Under the pieces are notes generated by a model. The model was not told where the DNA came from and searched no databases. It worked only from the letters and a program-made list of their open reading frames with translations. From Phycisphaera mikurensis NBRC 102666 (GTDB taxonomy: Bacteria > Planctomycetota > Phycisphaerae > Phycisphaerales > Phycisphaeraceae), in contig NC_017080.1 in the NCBI RefSeq assembly GCF_000284115.1, positions 3,300,001 through 3,332,000 of the forward strand: a stretch of 32,000 bases of DNA. Direction: 5' to 3'. Made by a program: the position numbers and the translations under genes. Numbering within the stretch: the stretch's first letter is position 1; each line of letters opens with the position of its first letter. Below are positions 26,148 to 32,000 of the stretch, one piece after another.

Positions 26148-27498
26148 TGTGTCAGCATGGACGCCGCGGCGCCTCGCCGACTGTGCGACATGGATCTCCG
26201 GGGGTACGCCTTCAAAGAAGAATCGAGATTACTGGGACGGCGACATCCCTTGGGTATCTGCCAAAGACATGAAGTCATTCAGGCTTCACGACAGCGTGGA
26301 CCACATCACGGAGCGAGCCGTAGACGATGGAGCGAAGCTCGTTCCGCGCGACTCCATCCTGCTTCTCGTCCGCGGCATGACGTTGAACAACGACGTCCCG
26401 ATCTGCATGACGGATCGGCAGATGGCGCTCAACCAGGACCTGAAGGCGCTATTGCCTGCTGATGACGTCGACGCTCACTTCCTCGCGTACTGGCTGCTCG
26501 CGAACAAGCCCCAGCTGCTTTCTTCGGTCGAACATGCGGGACACGGCACCGGCAAGCTAGCGACGCCCGTTTTGCAATCGATGCAGATCGCTCTCCCCCC
26601 GCTCTCCGAGCAGCGGGCGATCGCGGCGGTGTTGGGGTCGCTGGATGACAAGATCGCGTTGAACCGTCGGATGAACCGGACGCTGGAATCGCTGGCCCGG
26701 GCGTGGTTCCAGAGCTGGTTCGTCGACTTCGACCCCGTCCACGCGAACGCCGCCGGCCGGCCGACCCTCCCCCCCGACCTCGCCGCCCTCTTCCCCGCCA
26801 CCTTCACCCCCTCCCCCCTCGGCGACATCCCGGAGGGCTGGGAGGTGAAGCCCGTCGGCGACATCGTCGACTGCGTCGGCGGCGGCACGCCGAGCACGAA
26901 GAACGACGACTACTGGGAGGGCGGCACGCACCACTGGGCGACGCCAAAGGACCTGTCGTCGCTCGACGCCCCGATCCTTACGACGACGAACCGGAAGCTG
27001 ACCGACGCCGGCGTCGGCAAGGTCTCGTCTGGCCTGCTGGAACGCGGCACCGTCCTCATGTCATCCCGAGCCCCCGTCGGCTACCTCGCCATCGCCGACG
27101 TGCCGGTCGCCGTCAACCAGGGCTTTATCGCCATGAAGCCGACCGATGCGATGCCGGCGTCGTTCCTGCTGAACTGGTGCCAGCACAACATGGAGACCAT
27201 CAAGAGCCAGGCCGGCGGCACGACCTTCGCCGAGATCAGCAAGAAGGCCTTCCGCCCGATCCCGATGCTCGTCCCGCCGCCCGGCGTCGCGTCCCGCTTC
27301 GCAGAAATCGTCGGCCCGATGTACGCCCGAATTACGCTGAACGTCCGCGAGAGCGAGACGCTCGCCGCCCTCCGTGACGCCCTGCTGCCTCGCTTGCTCT
27401 CCGGCGAGCTGCCCGCACCCGCGGACCGTGACGATCTTCCGCCCGTGGAGCCCACGGTCCGCGGCAACCCCGGCCGGTCGCCGGTGGCCCCCGCCTGA
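26137..27498 (+). CDS. hsdS: Type I restriction-modification system, specificity subunit S
   Basis: Two target-recognition domains separated by conserved helices (LSEQRAIAAVLGSLDDKIALNRRMNRTLESLARAWFQSWFVDFDPV; C-terminal ETLAALRDALLPRLLSGEL). Overlaps hsdM by 11 nt. The 27-aa tail after SGEL is encoded by palindromic copy G. Confidence 0.92.
   Translation: MRSDVSAWTPRRLADCATWISGGTPSKKNRDYWDGDIPWVSAKDMKSFRLHDSVDHITERAVDDGAKLVPRDSILLLVRGMTLNNDVPICMTDRQMALNQDLKALLPADDVDAHFLAYWLLANKPQLLSSVEHAGHGTGKLATPVLQSMQIALPPLSEQRAIAAVLGSLDDKIALNRRMNRTLESLARAWFQSWFVDFDPVHANAAGRPTLPPDLAALFPATFTPSPLGDIPEGWEVKPVGDIVDCVGGGTPSTKNDDYWEGGTHHWATPKDLSSLDAPILTTTNRKLTDAGVGKVSSGLLERGTVLMSSRAPVGYLAIADVPVAVNQGFIAMKPTDAMPASFLLNWCQHNMETIKSQAGGTTFAEISKKAFRPIPMLVPPPGVASRFAEIVGPMYARITLNVRESETLAALRDALLPRLLSGELPAPADRDDLPPVEPTVRGNPGRSPVAPA
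27419..27464. repeat. 46-nt palindromic element, copy G (inside the 3' end of hsdS, just upstream of darT)
   Basis: ccgcggaccg at 27419-27428 and cggtccgcgg at 27455-27464. The stem extends to 12 bp (..tg/ca..), with a 26-nt interior between the 10-bp arms. Confidence 0.85.
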
Positions 27499-28139
27499 TG
27501 GCCGCCTATTCCGCCGAGCGCGCGCAGATCTTTCGGTTGACCCACCGGGACAACCTGCCGTGGATCCTGGAGCACGGGCTGCACTGCCCGACAAGCGACA
27601 CGCTGGACCCCGGCTTCGTCGCAATCGGGCGGGAGGAGATCATCGACCGCCGCACCCGCCACGAGGTTTCGTGCGGGCCCGGCGGGGTGCTCGCGGACTA
27701 CGTGCCGTTCTACTTCACCCCGCGGTCGATCATGGCGTTCAACATCCGCACCGGGTTCCACGGGCTGACGCAGCGTGACAACGACGACCTCGTGGTGCTG
27801 GTGTCGTCCATCCCCCGCCTGCTGGAGATGTCCATCGGCTTCGTGTTCTACAGCGGGCAAGCGATGCTGCACGAGAGCACCTGCCACGCCGACGCCGCGG
27901 ACCTGACGAAGATCGACTGGGCCCTGCTCAACGCGGCCGACTTCCGCAACGATCCGGAGGACCCGGGGAAGAAGGGGCGGTACCAGGCGGAGGCGCTGGT
28001 CCACCGCCACACGCCGGTGGAGGCCTTGCTCGGCGTCGGGTGCTACAGTCCGAAGGTGGCGCACGAGGTGGATCTCCTCGTGCAGCGAAGCGGCAGGGAT
28101 CTCGCCGTCAAGCCCGCGCCGAAGCTGTTTTTCCGATGA
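27498..28139 (+). CDS. darT: DarT, ssDNA thymidine ADP-ribosyltransferase toxin (DUF4433 family)
   Basis: 213 aa. IFRLTHRDNLPWILEHGL, GGVLADYVPFYFTPRSIMAF and GRYQAEALVHRHTPVEALLGVGCYS parallel the conserved DarT blocks as I remember them from Thermus DarT, including the catalytic Glu in QAE.LV. The ATG shares one base with the hsdS stop (TGATG). Confidence 0.85.
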   Translation: MAAYSAERAQIFRLTHRDNLPWILEHGLHCPTSDTLDPGFVAIGREEIIDRRTRHEVSCGPGGVLADYVPFYFTPRSIMAFNIRTGFHGLTQRDNDDLVVLVSSIPRLLEMSIGFVFYSGQAMLHESTCHADAADLTKIDWALLNAADFRNDPEDPGKKGRYQAEALVHRHTPVEALLGVGCYSPKVAHEVDLLVQRSGRDLAVKPAPKLFFR

Positions 28140-29200
28140 TCCACGCCACGGATGGCAATCTCCTTGAAGCGGACGCGGAAGCGCTCGTGAACACGGTCAA
28201 CACCGTGGGCGTGATGGGCAAGGGCATCGCCCTGATGTTCAAGGAACGCTTCCCGGAGAACTTCCGGCGCTACGCCGCCGCCTGCAAGCGGGAGGAGGTC
28301 CAGACCGGGCGCGTCTTCGCGGTGGCCAACGAGGAGCTGGCCGGGCCACACTGGATCTACAACTTCCCGACGAAGCGGCACTGGCGGTCGCCCTCCCGGC
28401 TGGAGTGGATCGACGAGGGCCTCGCCGACCTGGCGTGGCTGCTGCGCGAGCACAGGGTCGCCTCGGTCGCGGTCCCGCCCCTTGGGGCCGGCAACGGCGG
28501 GCTGAAGTGGGCGGACGTCCGGCCGCTGGTGGAGCGACACCTCGGCAGCCTGCCCGGGGTCGACGTGCTGCTGTACGAGCCGACGCAGGCGTACCAGAAC
28601 GTCTCGAAGACGACCGGCAAGGAGCGGCTCACGCTGGCGCGGGCGCTGGTCGCGGAGATGGTCCGCCGCTACGGGGTGCTCGGGCTGGACTGCTCGATCC
28701 TCGAGATCCAGAAGCTCGCTTGGGTGCTGCAGCGTCAGATCCGGCAGTTGGGCTTGGATGACCCGTTGGAGCTTGACTTCAAGGCCAACCGCTACGGCCC
28801 CTATTCCGACCGCCTCCGTCACCTCCTCGACGCCCTCGACGGGAGCTGGCTGCGGAGCGAGAAGCGGCTTGCCGATGCCGAACCCCCGGACACGATCCGC
28901 TTCGCGCCCGGTCGGGAGCGAAAGCTCGGCGAGTGGTTCGGTGCGGGGCAAGGCTTCCACTACCGAGAAGCCGTGGAGGCGACCGACGCCTTGATCGATG
29001 GCTTCCAGTCGCCGCTGGGCCTGGAGGCGCTCGCCACGGTGGGGTGGCTCCTCGACGAGGAAGGGGTGGAGCCGAGCCTCGCGGCGGTGCGTGAGGGCAT
29101 CGCTCGCTGGCCTGCGGGGCCCGCCGCGGCCGAGCGGAAGGCGGGGCTGTTCGGCGATCACCTGCTCGAGGCCGCCATCCGGCGGTACACGCACCCGTGA
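28136..29200 (+). CDS. darG: DarG, macrodomain DNA ADP-ribosyl glycohydrolase antitoxin
   Basis: ATG at 28136 overlaps the darT stop (ATGA). N-terminal macrodomain (DAEALVNTVNTVGVMGKGIALMFKERFP; IYNFPTKRHWRSPS) plus a ~200-aa C-terminal domain, the DarG architecture. Confidence 0.85.
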   Translation: MIHATDGNLLEADAEALVNTVNTVGVMGKGIALMFKERFPENFRRYAAACKREEVQTGRVFAVANEELAGPHWIYNFPTKRHWRSPSRLEWIDEGLADLAWLLREHRVASVAVPPLGAGNGGLKWADVRPLVERHLGSLPGVDVLLYEPTQAYQNVSKTTGKERLTLARALVAEMVRRYGVLGLDCSILEIQKLAWVLQRQIRQLGLDDPLELDFKANRYGPYSDRLRHLLDALDGSWLRSEKRLADAEPPDTIRFAPGRERKLGEWFGAGQGFHYREAVEATDALIDGFQSPLGLEALATVGWLLDEEGVEPSLAAVREGIARWPAGPAAAERKAGLFGDHLLEAAIRRYTHP

Positions 29201-29211
29201 GCGAGAACCCG

Positions 29212-29257
29212 CCGCGGACCGTGCGTGGCTGCGGCCGTTGCGGCCGGTGGTCTGCGG
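29212..29257. repeat. 46-nt palindromic element, copy E (darG-hsdR intergenic)
   Basis: ccgcggaccg at 29212-29221 and tggtctgcgg at 29248-29257. Both right-arm substitutions still allow G-U pairs in a plus-strand RNA. 26-nt interior. Confidence 0.75.
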
Positions 29258-29288
29258 GGGTGCGAGGGCTCCCGCAGCAGGAGAACGA

Positions 29289-32000
29289 GTGATCAACGAG
29301 GACGCCGTCGAGCAGAAGGCTCTTCGCTGGTTCCAGGACACCGGCTGGGCGTACCTCCACGGGTCGGAGCTGGCCCCGGACGTGGCGCCCGAGCAGCGGG
29401 CGGACGGAAAGGCGGTGGTGCTGGCCGGGCGGCTGGCGGAGGCGGTGCGGCGGCTGAACCCGCAGCTGCCGGCCGAGGCGGTGGAGGAGGTGGTGCGGGC
29501 GGCAACGCAGCGGGAGCACCCGGACCTCGCCCGGGCCAACGCGGCGTTCCACCGGAGGATGATCGACGGGGTGCCCGTCCGCTTCGAGGATCCTTCCACC
29601 GGCGAGAAGGTCCAGGACGTGGCCCGGCTGGTGGACTTCGGCGGAGCCGCGAACAACGACTGGCTGGTGGTGAACCAGCTGGCGATCGCGGGAACCAAGG
29701 ACGGGCGGCGGCCGGACGTAATCGCCTATCTCAATGGCCTGCCGATCGCGGTGATCGAGCTGAAGAACCCGGCGGACGAAAAGGCCGACGTGTGGGCGGC
29801 GTACCGGCAGCTGCAGACCTACAAGGACGAGATCGGCGAGCTGTTCGTCCGCAACGCGGCGCTGGTGGTGAGCGACGGGATCACGGCGCGGGTCGGGTCG
29901 CTGACGGCGAGCCCCGAGTGGTTCCTGCCGTGGCGGGCGGTGAGCGGCGAGGCGGACCAGCCCAAGGTGGAGATGGAGCTGGAGCGGGTCGTCCGCGGGT
30001 TCTTCCGGCCGGACCTCCTGCTGGACTACCTGCGGCACTTCATCCTGTTCGAGGGCGAAGAAGACGTCGTGAAGAAGATCGCTGGATACCACCAGTTCCA
30101 CGGGGTGCGGGCGGCGGTGGAGGCGACGGTGGTCGCCGCGGACCGCGGCGTGGAAACGGCTCCGGGCGACGCGGTCCGCGAGCGGCCGGCGGCGGACTGG
30201 GGGCGGCGGGTGCCGCGGGGCAGCGGGAAGGCGGGCGTCTTCTGGCACACGCAGGGCTCGGGCAAAAGCATTTCCATGGCCATGTACGCGGGCAAGCTGA
30301 TGCAGCAGCCGGCGATGAACAACCCGACCCTGGTGGTGGTCACCGACCGCCTTGACCTCGACGGGCAGCTGTTCGCGCAGTTCGCGGCGGCGAAGTCGCT
30401 GCTGGGCGAGAAGCCCGACCAGGCGGAGAGCCGGGAGCAGCTGCGCGACTACCTCGACGGCCGGGCCAGCGGCGGGATCGTGTTCACGACGGTGCAAAAG
30501 TTCGCGCCGCTGGACGGGGAGGAGGCGCACCCGGTGCTGAGCGGGCGGAGCAACGTCGTCGTGATCAGCGACGAGGCGCACCGCAGCCAGTACGGGATCA
30601 AGCCGACGCTGGACAGGAAGACCGGGCGGTACGTCTACGGCTACGCCAAGCACCTCCGCGATGCCCTTTCGGGGGCGTCGTTCATCGGGTTCACGGGGAC
30701 GCCGATCAGCAGCGAGGACCGCGACACCCGCGGCGTGTTCGGCGAGTACGTGAGCGTCTACGACATCGCCGACGCCGTGGAGGACGGGGCGACGGTGCAG
30801 ATCTACTACGAGAGCCGGCGGGCGAAGCTGGACCTGAACGACGCGGAGATCGAGACGCTCAACCAACAGGTGGACGAGGTCGTCGAGGACGAGGAGACCG
30901 AGGACCGGGAGCGGACCAAGGGCCACTGGGCGCAGCTGGCGAAGCTGGTGGGGGCGCGGCCGCGGCTGGAGGCGATCGCGGACGACCTGCTGGCGCACTT
31001 CGACCAGCGGAAGGAGGCGATGGCGTCGCAGGTCGGGCCCGACGGCGGGAAGGCGATGATCGTCACGATGAGCCGGGACATCTGCGTCGCGCTCTTCGAC
31101 GAGATCGTCCGCCGGCGGCCGGAGATGGCGGGCAGCCGGAAGGACGACGGCACGTGGAACCCCGAGGACGGGTCGATCCGCGTGGTGATGACCGGCACGG
31201 CGACCGATCGGGTTGAGCTGCGGCACCACCAGCACGGCAAGGCCCAGCGCGAGCGGCTGGCCAAGCGGTTCAAGGACCCGGCCGACCCGCTGGAGCTGGT
31301 GATCGTGCGGGACATGTGGCTGACCGGCTTCGACGCGCCGTGCTGCCACACGATGTATGTGGACAAGCCGATGCGGGGGCATGCGCTGATGCAGGCGATC
31401 GCCCGGGTGAACCGGGTGTTCCGCGAGAAGGCGGGCGGGCTGGTGGTCGACTACATCGGGATCGCCAACGAGCTGAAGCAGGCGCTCAAGACGTACACGG
31501 AGAGCAAGGGGCGTGGCCAGCCGACGGTGCGGGCGGAGGACGGGCTTCGCATCCTGAAGGAGAAGGTGGGCGTTCTGCGGGACATGATGCGGGAGAACGG
31601 CGGCTTCGCGTACGCGGGCTTCGAGACGCAGCCGTTGGAGCTGCTGCCGGGGGTGACGAACCACCTCCTCGGGCTCGACGACGGCAAGCGGCGCTTCCTG
31701 GACGTGATGGCCTCGGTGCTGAAGGCGTTCAGCCTGTGCGCCACGCTGGACGAGGCGGCGGCGCTGCGGACGGAGATCGCGTTCTTCTCGGCCGTCCGCG
31801 GCGTGCTCGCCAAGCACGGGCAGGAAGAGCCGAAGCGTGGCGGCGCGGACAAGAGCGCATCGCTCAAGCTGATCCTGGACAACGCGGTGGTGAGCGAGGG
31901 CGTGGACGACATCTTCGCGATGGCGGGGCTGGAGCGGCCGGACATCGGGCTGCTGAGCGAGGGGTTCCTCGAGGACGTGCGGCGGATGCCGGCGAAGAAC
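29289..32000 (+). CDS. hsdR: Type I restriction-modification system, endonuclease/translocase subunit R (3' end outside the window)
   Basis: The frame is open from GTG 29289 (AGGAG 5 nt upstream) to the window end, so it is absent from the ORF track. My hand translation gives VINEDAVEQKALRWFQDTGWAYL..., a nuclease-domain-like segment (PDVIAYLNGLPIAVIELK) and helicase motifs (WHTQGSGKS, VVISDEAHRSQ, FIGFTGTP, MWLTGFDAP). Confidence 0.93.
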   Translation, partial: MINEDAVEQKALRWFQDTGWAYLHGSELAPDVAPEQRADGKAVVLAGRLAEAVRRLNPQLPAEAVEEVVRAATQREHPDLARANAAFHRRMIDGVPVRFEDPSTGEKVQDVARLVDFGGAANNDWLVVNQLAIAGTKDGRRPDVIAYLNGLPIAVIELKNPADEKADVWAAYRQLQTYKDEIGELFVRNAALVVSDGITARVGSLTASPEWFLPWRAVSGEADQPKVEMELERVVRGFFRPDLLLDYLRHFILFEGEEDVVKKIAGYHQFHGVRAAVEATVVAADRGVETAPGDAVRERPAADWGRRVPRGSGKAGVFWHTQGSGKSISMAMYAGKLMQQPAMNNPTLVVVTDRLDLDGQLFAQFAAAKSLLGEKPDQAESREQLRDYLDGRASGGIVFTTVQKFAPLDGEEAHPVLSGRSNVVVISDEAHRSQYGIKPTLDRKTGRYVYGYAKHLRDALSGASFIGFTGTPISSEDRDTRGVFGEYVSVYDIADAVEDGATVQIYYESRRAKLDLNDAEIETLNQQVDEVVEDEETEDRERTKGHWAQLAKLVGARPRLEAIADDLLAHFDQRKEAMASQVGPDGGKAMIVTMSRDICVALFDEIVRRRPEMAGSRKDDGTWNPEDGSIRVVMTGTATDRVELRHHQHGKAQRERLAKRFKDPADPLELVIVRDMWLTGFDAPCCHTMYVDKPMRGHALMQAIARVNRVFREKAGGLVVDYIGIANELKQALKTYTESKGRGQPTVRAEDGLRILKEKVGVLRDMMRENGGFAYAGFETQPLELLPGVTNHLLGLDDGKRRFLDVMASVLKAFSLCATLDEAAALRTEIAFFSAVRGVLAKHGQEEPKRGGADKSASLKLILDNAVVSEGVDDIFAMAGLERPDIGLLSEGFLEDVRRMPAKN
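30136..30181. repeat. 46-nt palindromic element, copy I (in frame inside hsdR)
   Basis: ccgcggaccg at 30136-30145 and cggtccgcga at 30172-30181 (one terminal mismatch), with a 26-nt interior. Encodes AADRGVETAPGDAVRE just upstream of the Walker A motif. Confidence 0.8.

Noticed and set aside
2712-30181. Idea that the 46-nt elements are integron attC sites or a dispersed CRISPR-like array
   Set aside because: They lack the attC R''/R' core (RYYYAAC / GTTRRRY). No integrase gene is in the window. The repeats are self-complementary and scattered over 27 kb, not direct repeats separated by regular short spacers.
31764-31801. Hairpin ctgcggacgg-N18-ccgtccgcgg inside hsdR, resembling the palindromic family
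   Set aside because: The spacer is 18 nt rather than 26 nt. The region encodes ..LRTEIAFFSAVRGVL.., which I recall as a conserved HsdR C-terminal motif, so the complementarity is most likely a by-product of coding sequence.
28779-31817. 1012-aa minus-strand ORF opposite darG and hsdR
   Set aside because: It is antisense to hsdR, which carries all the helicase motifs in the plus frame. The antisense translation is Arg/Pro/Leu/His-rich junk.

Overview
High-GC (roughly 70% by eye) bacterial chromosomal window, densely coding, with about 27 credible protein genes. I saw no rRNA, tRNA or CRISPR array. The GC content fills the six-frame track with long spurious antisense ORFs (up to 1313 aa), so I called genes from recognisable protein families, GC-rich third codon positions and start-codon context. 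Left to right: the 3' end of a DEAD-box helicase; a PNPOx-like stress protein; SUI1/YciH; aquaporin Z; an eight-gene minus-strand operon fmdA-fmdB-urtABCDE-MOSC (formamidase plus urea/short-chain-amide ABC importer) behind a near-consensus sigma-54 promoter; two hypothetical proteins separated by a 169-nt near-perfect hairpin; a quinone/aromatic-detoxification-like cluster (flavin reductase, two paralogous VOC ring-cleaving dioxygenases, carboxylesterase, MarR, beta-propeller lactonase) with a shared 23-nt candidate operator; a NUDIX hydrolase; eda-kdgK; a secreted hypothetical; and topA. The right end holds a Type I restriction-modification operon, hsdM-hsdS-[darT-darG]-hsdR, in which a DarT/DarG DNA ADP-ribosylation toxin-antitoxin pair is translationally coupled into the R-M operon. 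The most unusual signal not explained by any gene call is a family of nine 46-nt palindromic elements, CCGCGGACCG-N26-CGGTCCGCGG, with invariant geometry and variable interior. They sit at gene boundaries, bracket the darTG cassette, encode the C-terminal tails of UrtC and HsdS, and one lies in frame inside hsdR.
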